Shown here: piece after piece, positions 1 to 9,371 of the stretch
How positions within the stretch are numbered: the first letter of the stretch is position 1
Layout: the number at the start of each line of letters is the position of its first letter
Assembly (NCBI GenBank): GCA_963833985.1
Contig: CAWIAD010000002.1
Span: 2,880,001 to 2,944,000 of the forward strand
Length of the DNA stretch: 64,000 bases
Reading direction: 5' to 3'
DNA from: an uncultured Planctomycetaceae bacterium
GTDB taxonomy: Bacteria > Planctomycetota > Planctomycetia > Isosphaerales > Isosphaeraceae
Notes under the pieces: model-generated
The model's input: only the letters and a program-made list of their open reading frames with translations
What the model was told of the DNA's origin: nothing
Database searches by the model: none
Made by a program: the position numbers and the translations under genes

Positions 1-1
1 G

Positions 2-82
2 CCGGCCGAGGAGCTTGACGACCCATCGGTCATCCAGCGCTACCTCGATCTTGTAGCACGGCTGGCCCGGGATATGCCTTGA
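2..82 (+). CDS. 3' end of an unidentified upstream gene (partial)
   Basis: Open frame from the window edge, PAEELDDPSVIQRYLDLVARLARDMP-stop, with GC3-rich codons. Confidence 0.5.
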   Translation, partial: PAEELDDPSVIQRYLDLVARLARDMP

Positions 83-255
83 AGCGTTTTTGTGCCCACG
101 CATGGTGGCGCGCGATCACACCCGGCTGGCTCCGCATAAATCTCGACGATCAGAGAAGTTGAGATATAGAATCAGGAGATCGAATGCCGTCGGGCGAGCG
201 GGCGGGCACAAGGCGCGGTCGCGGATCCGGCTTCAACTTCCAGAAGGATTCCGTG

Positions 256-1706
256 ATGACAGCCTCGAAGACCTGGGAACGCCTGGGCCGGCCCGCCATC
301 CGCGCCGGTGTCGTTCTCGTGGCCCTGGGCCCGGTCGTGGCCTGGGGTTTGACCCGCCCGCAGGAGACCCCGGTGCAGCCCAAGGCCAGCGTTGCGGCCG
401 CCGCCAGGCCTGCCGATCCCAGGGCGCTGGCGCTGCTGGCGGAGGTGGCCAAGGCTTACAAGAATCTCGGTACGTACAGCGATGACGGCCATTTCGTCAT
501 GGCCATGACGATCGCCGGCAAGCCGCAAAAGCAGACCTTGCCGCTGAAGCTCCGCTTCGCTCGTCCCAACAAGCTTGACCTCGACGCGGGCCCCGTGCGG
601 CTGGTGAGCGACGGCAAGACCATGATCACCACGGTGCTCCCGCTCAAGCGCTATACCAGCGAGCCCGCCCCCGAGCAGATCGACATCGAGACCTTTCGCC
701 GCGGCCCCTCGGCGCGATCGTCTTTGGCGGGCCTTCGGGAACCGCGATGTTCATCCTGCTGAACTTGCTCACGGCCCCGGATGCGGCCGCCTCCCTGCAT
801 GAGCTCGGCGGCTCGCTCCAGCTTGCCGGCGATGCCCAGGGGGCCGGCAGTACGCCCCCTTCGATCCTCATCGACCAGCAGGAAGGGCCAGACATCCGCA
901 TGGTGGTTGATCCGGCCACCAAGCTGCTCTCCCGCATCGAGTTCCAGATTGATGAACCGACCCTGGCGCAGAGCGCGCCGGCTGGTCAGAAGCTCACCGT
1001 CGAGCAGTTCGGCTGGGCTGCCGGTCCCGTCAGCACTGAGCCCGCGAAAACTGATGCCTTCGCCTACGAGGTCCCCAAGGGGTTCACCAAGGTGGATTCT
1101 CTGCTCGAGCGTCCCGGCGCCGGCGCTGGCGCTGAGCCCAGGTTCGCGGTCAACGAACTGGTCGGCAAACCAGCGCCCGAGTTCACGCTGACCATCCTGG
1201 ATGGTCCCGAAAAGACGCGCACCGTGACCAGGACCGAGCTCGCCGGCAAGGTCGTCCTCATCGATTTCTGGGCCACCTGGTGCGGACCCTGCATGCAGGA
1301 GCTGCCGGAGCTTCAGAAGGTGATCGAGGCACTGGCCAGGGACAAGAAAGAAGTCGTTGTCGTTGCGCTCAGCCAGGACTCGGAGCCGCAAGAACTCTCC
1401 GAGGTTCGCAAGCTCGTCGAGAAGACGCTGGACACCAAGAAGATCCAGCTCACGGCAAGCAAGGTTGGCTGGATCGGTCTGGACCCCAGCCGATCCGTGG
1501 GCAAGGTCTTCGACGTGGAAGGTTTGCCCACGCTGGTGGTGCTCGACGCCAAGGGCGTCGTCCAGGCCGCTCACGTGGGGAACAGCCCGGACATCCGCGA
1601 GCAGCTCACCCGCGAGATCGACACGCTGCTCGCGGGCAAGTCTCTGCTCAAGGAAAAGCCAGTGCCAGCCGTCAACAAGAAGGATGCGAAGACTGACAAG
1701 GAATGA
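256..1706 (+). CDS. Exported redoxin (TlpA/ResA-like) with N-terminal LolA/DUF2092-like domain; one frameshift near 705-708
   Basis: ORFs 184..762 and 747..1706 join if one C is added to the CCCC run (RGPLGAIVFGG). N-terminal hydrophobic anchor; DFWATWCGPC thioredoxin motif; GLPTLVVLD cis-Pro loop. Confidence 0.8.
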
Positions 1707-1752
1707 GCGAAGAGCGCCGGTGCGAACGTGATCACGCGCCGCGACCGCGGGA

Positions 1753-4191
1753 TCACTCGGGTGGGCTGAGCGCGGGCACCTGGAAATCAGACGCGAAGAC
1801 CAGGGTCGTCGCGCCCCCCTTGGCCGGCCTGATGGTCCCCGAGAGCATCCGCATGGCCAGCGGGTCGCCCTGGCGGCTGTTCAGGGTGTAGATCTCGCTG
1901 GCGGACCAGTCGTAATCGATGATCCGGATCGTCACCGGGTCGCCCAGCTTCCAGGTGACGGGCCGGGGGAAGGTGTAGTCCCAGACAGGCCGGTGGCTGT
2001 TCGGGATGACCGACGAGGGGCCGTAGACGGCGCCCGCGACCTCGATCACAACGCCCAGGTCGGGCGCACCGCCGGCGAGGTACTTGCCCACGGTCGGCTC
2101 GACCGTGCCCCGGCGCAGCGTGACGCGATACTCGCCGGGGACCGAGACCTTGTCCCACCATTGCAGGTACCCGCGCGCGTCGCCGGCGAAGCGTCCGTCG
2201 GGGTGATCGCGGAGATAATCGCGGAGCCGGCGGGCCACTTCCGCCACGTCATCGGCGTGGGCCAAACTGTAGTCGTACGCCTCACGGTACGCGTGGCTGT
2301 CCCATTCGCGCAGGATGCGGTCGCGGGCGTCCATCGCCTCCCTGAGGAACCGGCCTCCCGCCTGGTGGGCCTTGAGGTAGTCCTGATAGCGCTCGATGCG
2401 GGCGGCGAAGCTGGTGGGATGGCTCCGCGAGTACTCCCGGGACCGGTCAATGTCGCGCTGGTCGAGCGTGGCCGTGTACTGCTCCAGCCGGGACTCCACC
2501 TCGGAACGGAGCGGGCTATCAGGGTGCTCGTCCAGGAATTGCCTGGCCCGGTCAATCAGGTCGGGCAGGGATGCGTCAGGCAACGCCGCGCTACGAACCA
2601 GATCGTCCAGGATCTTGCGCTCGGCCGCGACCCGGCGCTCCGCCTGCGTGCTCTTGAGCGACCGGGCCAGCGCCGCGACATCCGCGCGGCGCTGGCTGTC
2701 GGGGAACTCGCGCAGAAAGAGGTCGAGCTGGACCAGAGGCGTCTCGGGATCATCCGCCGCCGAGAGCGACAGGGCCAGCGCCCGGACGTCCTTCCAGCGC
2801 TCGTCGTGCCGCGAGCGCTCATGCGCTTCCTCGACGGCCCGGATGGCCGGTGCGAGCTCGGGCGCCTGCTCCTTGATCCCGTCCAGCCGGGCAGCCAGGT
2901 CGGGGGTGGGCAGGCCGCTGGCGATGCGCACGCCCGCGGCCTTCACGGCCCATTCGTTTCGCTTCAACCGCGCTTGCCTGGCCAGCGCGGGCCAGAAGAC
3001 GTCCAGCGAGGGATGGGCGGTGAACAGGCCGGACCAGCGGCGAGCCACCTGCGGTGCGGCGTTCTGATCCTCGCGCTCGAACGCCATTGCCCGCTGGAAG
3101 CCCCAGAAGTCGTATCCGGCCAGCACGGCGGGCAGCACGGCGGCCATGGCCATGATGCCTGCCACACGCCGCCATCGCCGATGCCGGCCCAGGGCCTGGA
3201 GGCGAGAGCGAAACTCGTAAGAGCGGTTCGACCGCGGGTAGCGGCGCTCGTAGGCGTTGACGCACCGCTGGAGCCGGGGCAGGTCCCGCGGGGCGAGCTT
3301 CCAGAGCCATTCCATCTGCAACCGGTCGCGAGACTCTAGCTGAGCGGCCAGCCAGCTCAGGGGCCCTTCCAGTCCCATGGGCTGGAGCTCCGTCGGCGGG
3401 CGATTGCCCGCCGACCCCGGCCCGTACGAGCTCACGCCGAAGATCACGCCGTCGGGGGCATGCTGCCGCAGCGCGTGCCGCGTCATGCCGTACTGCTCGT
3501 CCACCAGGCGCTCGACCAACGTGCCCGACAGGTCGGGCGCGGAGTCAGGGTCAGGCGCGGAGTCAGAATCCTGAGCGGAGTCAGAATCCTGGGCGGCTGG
3601 CGTCAGGGTCTGGCCGGCTTGCGGCTGCCCATCACAGGGCAGCGACCGCGCCAGGACGCGGTCGAACTTCGTCAGGAGCAGGGCGATCGGCCGATCGGTG
3701 CTCAGGTCGTCGGACCGGTCGATGTACCGTTCCAGCAGATTTTCGATTTCCTGCTGGCGTTTCCTCCGCTCGACGGGACTGGCGGAGCCGTCGGGATCGA
3801 GGCAGAGCAGGACTGCATCGCAGCCGGCGAAGAACTGCTGGATGGGCTCCTCGGAGCCGAGCGTGACGTGCTCGCCCTGGTAGTCCATGACAATGAGCTC
3901 CAGCCTGGCTGGTCCGTGGTAGAGCCGCAGCCTGAGCTCGGTCTCCGCCAGCGTTCCCGACATCGGCTGCCCCGACTCGACCTGGGCAATCTTGTCGGCC
4001 AGGTACTGGGCGCTGGTCGCGTCGGCAGCGGCCAGCCGGATTCCAGGGATTGCGCCGCTGGCCGCCTGACGGTAGAGCATCGCCAGCAGCGTGGTCTTGC
4101 CCACGTTGCGATGCCCGAACAGCGCGATCCGCTTCGGCCCGGTGAGACGCCGTTCAAGCGCATCGAGAATGTCGGAACTGCGCGACCGCAT
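1753..4191 (-). CDS. Membrane-anchored TRAFAC-class GTPase: GTPase domain, TM helix, helical repeats, C2-like C-terminal domain
   Basis: G1 GHRNVGKT, G3 DYQG, G4 TKFD, G5-like VSSYG; TM segment VAGIMAMAAVLPAVLAG; repeated (F/Y)Lxx(F/H)PD(S/G) motifs; GAGGG RBS before ATG at 4191. Confidence 0.8.
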   Translation of the reverse strand: MRSRSSDILDALERRLTGPKRIALFGHRNVGKTTLLAMLYRQAASGAIPGIRLAAADATSAQYLADKIAQVESGQPMSGTLAETELRLRLYHGPARLELIVMDYQGEHVTLGSEEPIQQFFAGCDAVLLCLDPDGSASPVERRKRQQEIENLLERYIDRSDDLSTDRPIALLLTKFDRVLARSLPCDGQPQAGQTLTPAAQDSDSAQDSDSAPDPDSAPDLSGTLVERLVDEQYGMTRHALRQHAPDGVIFGVSSYGPGSAGNRPPTELQPMGLEGPLSWLAAQLESRDRLQMEWLWKLAPRDLPRLQRCVNAYERRYPRSNRSYEFRSRLQALGRHRRWRRVAGIMAMAAVLPAVLAGYDFWGFQRAMAFEREDQNAAPQVARRWSGLFTAHPSLDVFWPALARQARLKRNEWAVKAAGVRIASGLPTPDLAARLDGIKEQAPELAPAIRAVEEAHERSRHDERWKDVRALALSLSAADDPETPLVQLDLFLREFPDSQRRADVAALARSLKSTQAERRVAAERKILDDLVRSAALPDASLPDLIDRARQFLDEHPDSPLRSEVESRLEQYTATLDQRDIDRSREYSRSHPTSFAARIERYQDYLKAHQAGGRFLREAMDARDRILREWDSHAYREAYDYSLAHADDVAEVARRLRDYLRDHPDGRFAGDARGYLQWWDKVSVPGEYRVTLRRGTVEPTVGKYLAGGAPDLGVVIEVAGAVYGPSSVIPNSHRPVWDYTFPRPVTWKLGDPVTIRIIDYDWSASEIYTLNSRQGDPLAMRMLSGTIRPAKGGATTLVFASDFQVPALSPPE
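3532..3594. repeat. Imperfect 18-bp tandem repeat (about 3.5 copies) within the GTPase gene
   Basis: Units gtcgggcgcggagtcagg / gtcaggcgcggagtcaga / atcctgagcggagtcaga / atcctgggc; encodes AQDSDSAQDSDSAPDPDSAPD. Confidence 0.85.
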
Positions 4192-4335
4192 GCTCAAGAT
4201 CCCTCTGGTGGAGAGCCAGAAAACGTCCCCTCGCCAATGACCCAGACCCGGCAAGCCACTCCTTGGTACCTCGCCGTGGTCCTCGATTCCGGGTGCCTTC
4301 CAGGGCAGAACTCGCCCCGCTTACTGCGGCGCTCC

Positions 4336-5364
4336 TCAACGCGGCGAATCAGCGGGCCAGCCGTGGCTCGCGCCCGCTGCCGGCCCCTGCGTTCTTTTTC
4401 GGAGCAGCAGGGCGAACGGCCAGGTGATCGGCCGCAGCAGGAGGCGCACCGGCAGGCCCACGATCACCAGCAATGCTCCGATGGCGACCAGGCTCGCCAG
4501 TGCCATGCCGCAGTAGCGGAACAGCGGCCGGTCCAGGCCGTGCGCGGCGAGAGCCTGGCCGACGGAGGATTCCAGGCCATCCGCGGCACCCTGGCCCACG
4601 GCCGCGGCCAGGGTGATTCCAGCCCTGGCGAACTCCCGCACGGCGTACTGCGTCGCCTGCCCGGCGTAATCGACAAACCGGTCGGGATCGATCAGGAACG
4701 CGGCCAGGACCCCGGCGGCCGCCAGCTTCTTCTTGTGAGGAAGTACCTGATGCACGAAAAACGCCCAGCCGCCCTTGCCCGTCTTGCGCAGCACGTTGAC
4801 GCTTTCGGGACCTTCCTTGACAATTGTCTCGGCCACGTCGTCCCCAAAGGCGCGGACGGCCGAGAGCCCTTCCGGACCAAGCCGGCGCACCATGGTCTCG
4901 GCCTGCTCGGGGTAGCGTTCGGCCAGGCGGCGGGCGGCCTCTCCCATCTCGACCACCAGCCGCTTCTCCGCCGGCTCCAGTGCGCCGAAGGCCCGCAAGG
5001 CCTGGGGATCGTGCTCCAGGAGCCGCGACATCCGGCCCTCGAGCAGAGCCTCGGTGGAATGGTCGATGCGCCGGCCGGCGTGCGCCAGCTCATCAGACCG
5101 CTTGACAAGCTGCTCCAGGCCCTCCTCGGCGTCATGCGAGGCGAACAAGCGCTCCGCCGCGCGCAGTTCGGTACGGCCGCCCTCGCCGCGCCGCAGCAGC
5201 GATCGGCCACCCGCGCGGGCTTCGGCGATCACCTCGCGGACGACGTCATCCAACCACGAGAGCTTTCCCGCCCGCGCCGGTGCGGCTGGCCCGAGCAGGA
5301 CCGTCAACGTGAGCAGCATCCCCACTGTTCCGCGCGTCGCGACATGAGCCGTCATGGGTCTCAT
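4336..5364 (-). CDS. Hypothetical protein with signal peptide, helical repeats and C-terminal TM helix
   Basis: 342-aa ORF; signal LLTLTVLLGPAAPARA; hydrophobic LAAAGVLAAFLIDP; C-terminal TM MALASLVAIGALLVIVGLPV; ATGA overlap with the upstream gene. Confidence 0.8.
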   Translation of the reverse strand: MRPMTAHVATRGTVGMLLTLTVLLGPAAPARAGKLSWLDDVVREVIAEARAGGRSLLRRGEGGRTELRAAERLFASHDAEEGLEQLVKRSDELAHAGRRIDHSTEALLEGRMSRLLEHDPQALRAFGALEPAEKRLVVEMGEAARRLAERYPEQAETMVRRLGPEGLSAVRAFGDDVAETIVKEGPESVNVLRKTGKGGWAFFVHQVLPHKKKLAAAGVLAAFLIDPDRFVDYAGQATQYAVREFARAGITLAAAVGQGAADGLESSVGQALAAHGLDRPLFRYCGMALASLVAIGALLVIVGLPVRLLLRPITWPFALLLRKRTQGPAAGASHGWPADSPR

Positions 5365-7475
5365 TCCTTCAAGGCGTCTCGCCCGAGCTCGATACTTGCA
5401 GCCTTGCTACGTCTGGTCCCCGCCCATCGTTCATTTCCCGGCCTCGCCGCTGGAGAGATGTGCGGCCGGGGTTCCGTCCCGTCAGGAGCGCTTCGGCCTC
5501 GCGCGGCCAGGTGCTCTTCCATCTTCTGAAAGCCAACGACGCCCACGGACGCTTGCACCAGCTGGGCGGCGACATATTTCAACCCGCGATCGGCAGGAAT
5601 CTGGAACGGGACCGCCATCCCGGCACGCAGGAGCTGGACTGGCCGCCACGAGCTGAGCCGGATGCCGGCCCTGGTGCAAAGCGGCCGGGCCAGCGCGACC
5701 ACCTGGTCAAGGCTCATGCGCGGCAACGCCTCGGGCAGCCGCTCGAACAGGGAAAAGAGGCCGCCGGCCGACCGGACAGCCGACCACCGCGCCTTGCGCT
5801 GGGCAGCCAGGTCCGCCGCGGCGACGGTCCCCGCGCCGGCAACAGCACGGGCGGCCCGGCCGCCTCCGACGTCCTTGCCCAGCGCTTCTCCAGCGGCCCC
5901 GGCCAGCTCGCGGCCGGCCGACCGGGCGCCTGCACGCGCCGCGGCCTTCACCTCGGACCGGACCACCTCGGCCACCGCGGCGCCCTCCGGCTGCACGGCG
6001 GCAAGGCTGAGCACGTCGGCAATCACGAAGCAGCCGTCCACCACGGCCCAGGTCATCTCGCCCGAGGTCGGCGCATGGCCGCGAGTCAGGACCTTGCCCA
6101 GATGCGCCACGTCGTAGAGCGGCAGGAACTGGTAGAAGCGGAGCTCGCTCTGGTTCAGGTCGGCCGCCCGCTCCAGTCCGTCCCGCCGGATGGTCCGGAT
6201 CACGGCCTGTCCGTTCTCGCCGGCAGCCAGCAGCGCCAGCTTGGCCAGCGATTCGCCCACCGACCGCTGGCTCCTGGCCTGGAGCGCGACCAGCGCTTCC
6301 GGGCTGCTGTCGGCCTGGGCGATTGCGGGGATGATGGCGCCGCCGTGCTTTCGCAAGATCTCGCGGAAATCCGCGTCAGCCGCGTACTTGTCCAGGATGT
6401 AGAGTGCCATCGAGCCATGCTCGCCCAGCGCGGCTGCGGCCTGGTGCCGCAGTGTCGGGTCCGCGAAGTCTCCGAAAACCACGTCGGCCGCGTCCGGGCC
6501 GGCCAGGGCCAGGGCGCGTTCGCCCGGCTCCCCGAACTCGATGGCCAGCCTGAGGGCCTGCGAACCGCCGCCCACCGCCTGCACCAGGCCGCGGGAAGCC
6601 AGGTGGGCCAGGTGTCCGGCCAGCGTTTCGGGCTGGTGCGTCTGGAGGTACTCGTCCACGTAGTCGGCATTGACACGCAGCACGATCAGGCATTGATCCA
6701 GCGGCAGGGCAGGGCCGACTGCCTCCAGCACCGGTCCGTACAGGCAGACCAGCGCGAACCCTTCCAGACCCTGCCCGCGGAACGCCTCGAACGCCAGGGC
6801 GCGATGGTTCTCGAACGCCCGCAGCCCGACGCGCAGGTCGGAGGCACCCTTGTCCAGGCTGATCATGCTCAGGATCAAAAGCGCGTCGGCCGTCTCCTTC
6901 GGGTCGTCCTTCAGCCCTTCCAGCAGGCCGGTCACGCCGGAGGGATCCGCCAGCAAGAGCGGCAGGGCGCCGGGATAGCGGGACGCCAGCTTGCGCTGGA
7001 GCGGGCTCAGCCGCGCCAGCTCATCCACCAGGATGTCGCGGTCGGTGTCGTCGCTCCGCTTCAGCCCGAAATACTCGCGCCAGTGCAGCAGCAAGTCCGC
7101 GGCCGCGTCGTCGGAGAGGACCTGCCGCAGGCGATGGAACTGCCTGGGGTACTTCTCGTACATGAAGACGGCTTCCAGATCAAGCTGGTCGAGCAGCTTG
7201 AGGCCGGCGAGGCCGTCGGTCCTGTCGATCGCCACGGCCGTCTGGCGAAAACGCTCGGCCACCCGGGCCACCAGCTCCCGTTCCGGACCGGGACGGTTCG
7301 CGTACCGCTGCTCGAGCTCCCGCCGCAGCTCCGCCGCCGGGACAGCGCCCGGCTCATCGCTCAGCGACGGCCGGCCCGGGGGCGGCTGGGTCCCGGACCC
7401 GTGCGGCTTGAGTGCAAGCTTGCAGAGCACTCCGAGTGCCGCGAGCAGCAGAACGACGGCAAAGGTTCTCTTCAT
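5361..7475 (-). CDS. Large N-terminally anchored helical hypothetical protein (704 aa)
   Basis: Start MKRTFAVVLLLAALGVLC (signal/anchor); strong coding codon bias; stop overlaps the next start (ATGA). Confidence 0.8.
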   Translation of the reverse strand: MKRTFAVVLLLAALGVLCKLALKPHGSGTQPPPGRPSLSDEPGAVPAAELRRELEQRYANRPGPERELVARVAERFRQTAVAIDRTDGLAGLKLLDQLDLEAVFMYEKYPRQFHRLRQVLSDDAAADLLLHWREYFGLKRSDDTDRDILVDELARLSPLQRKLASRYPGALPLLLADPSGVTGLLEGLKDDPKETADALLILSMISLDKGASDLRVGLRAFENHRALAFEAFRGQGLEGFALVCLYGPVLEAVGPALPLDQCLIVLRVNADYVDEYLQTHQPETLAGHLAHLASRGLVQAVGGGSQALRLAIEFGEPGERALALAGPDAADVVFGDFADPTLRHQAAAALGEHGSMALYILDKYAADADFREILRKHGGAIIPAIAQADSSPEALVALQARSQRSVGESLAKLALLAAGENGQAVIRTIRRDGLERAADLNQSELRFYQFLPLYDVAHLGKVLTRGHAPTSGEMTWAVVDGCFVIADVLSLAAVQPEGAAVAEVVRSEVKAAARAGARSAGRELAGAAGEALGKDVGGGRAARAVAGAGTVAAADLAAQRKARWSAVRSAGGLFSLFERLPEALPRMSLDQVVALARPLCTRAGIRLSSWRPVQLLRAGMAVPFQIPADRGLKYVAAQLVQASVGVVGFQKMEEHLAARGRSAPDGTEPRPHISPAARPGNERWAGTRRSKAASIELGRDALKE

Positions 7476-7815
7476 CAGGATCGCACCGCGGGAGACCTGG
7501 GAAACGGCAGAGTGAGCATCGGTTAACGACTTCCCCCGCGGAATTGTCCATGACACTTGCCGGAAGGTCAATTCGGACCGGGCACATCCTGCGGAAAAGA
7601 CTCCGGGTGGCGCCTGCCGTCGCGGTTCGGCCCGTCTTCTCGACATCCGTATAAGCCGGTTCGCTGCGACCTTCCGGATATTCCGGATTCCCGGGCCCGC
7701 CCCGGGGCTCCGGCATGGGCTCCGGCTACCCGGCGACCCGCCCGGACGATTAGAATATCGCCGCCCGTGAGGACGGCAGAGCAGGGGGAGCCTGGCGCTG
7801 ACGACAGGAGCTGGA

Positions 7816-9340
7816 ATGGCATCCATGACGAGTTCCAATGTTGAACCGCTCGGCAAGGTCCGCACCAAGATCGTGGCGACGCTGGGGCCGGCGTCGCGCA
7901 CGCCGGAAGTGATCCGCAAGATGGTCGAGGCCGGAGTGGACGTGTTCCGGCTGAATTTTTCGCATGGAACGCACGAGGAGCATTCGGCCACGGTTGCGAC
8001 CATCCGTCAACTCACCCACGAAACCGGGCGCCATCTCTCCATCCTCCAGGACCTCTGCGGTCCCAAGATCCGCCTCGGAGACATCCCCGGGGATGTCGTC
8101 GAGTGCGATTACGGGGCCGAGTTCCGGCTCGTCACCGAACCGAAATCCCATGATGACCCCCACGAGCTGAGTTGCAGCTACAAATCGCTCACCGAGGACC
8201 TCGAGGTCGGCCAGAGCGTGCTCTTCGCCGATGGCACCGTCGCCATGGAAGTGACCGACCGCGGCCCCGGCTGTGCCTGGCTCAAGGTGACTCTGCCGGG
8301 CCGCATCCGCTCGCACCAGGGCATCAACGTGCCGAGTGCGGCCCTGAGCGTCTCTGCCCTCACGGAGAAGGACCTGGAAGATCTGAACTGGACGGCGAAA
8401 CACGCGGTGGCCTACGTCGGGCTCTCGTTCGTCCGCAGGGTCGAGGACGTGATGCGGCTGCGCGAGGAGCTGCGGAAGCGGGGCAGCCGGGCGCGGATCG
8501 TCGCCAAGATCGAGAAGCCGCAGGCCGTGGCCAACCTGGAAAGCATTGTCGCCGAGGCCGACGCCGTCATGGTGGCACGCGGCGACCTGGGGGTGGAGAT
8601 CGACGTCTCCAAGGTTCCCGGCGTCCAGAAGCAGATCATTGCCGTTTGCCACAATGCGCAGGATTCCGGTGATCACGGCCACCCAGATGCTCAATAGCAT
8701 GGAGTCGTCAAGCCGGCCCACCAGGGCGGAAGCCAGCGACGTCTTCAACGCCGTGCTCGACGGCAGCGACGCCGTGATGCTCTCGGGAGAGACGGCCATT
8801 GGCCAGTATCCCATCGAGGCGGTCTCCATGATGAGCGAGATCGCGCTGGCGGCGGAAAACCTCATGTTCTCGGAGTTCCGCCACCACGCTCCCTGGACCT
8901 GGTCGGTCGAGAACTGGCCGGGCGTGAACGGGCACGGAACCCAGCACCCCGCGCCGGTGGCCCGGGCCGGCCAGGTTCTGCCCGTGACCGACGCGATTGT
9001 CGAGGCGGCCAGCGCGGTCTGCCGGCGGCTCAACGCCGCGCTCCTGGTAGTGGCGACGCACTCCGGCCGTACGGCCCTGGCCGCCTCCAAGCAGCGCCAC
9101 GCCACGCCCACCCTGGCATTGACCGACGACGTCGAGATCGCACGAGCCATGGGGCTGTACTGGGGGGTGACCGCCCTGCACATTCCGGAGCTGTTCGAGA
9201 CCGGGCAGGTGCTCTCCTGGGCCGACGAATGGTGCCGGGCCAACGACCTGATCGACTCGGGCGACCGGGTGGTCATCGTGCGCGGCGTCATCCCCAACAA
9301 TCCCAACCACAACGCCCTGCTGGTGCACGAAGTGGAATGA
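7816..9340 (+). CDS. pyk: Pyruvate kinase (frameshift near 8659)
   Basis: RTKIVATLGP, FRLNFSHG, IVAKIEK, MVARGDLGVE in one frame; PVITATQML, RPTRAEASDV, DAVMLSGETA in the next. Removing 1 nt gives CHNARIPVITATQML. Confidence 0.95.
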
Positions 9341-9371
9341 CAGCCTTCAACCGAGGGAGCGGAAGAATTCG

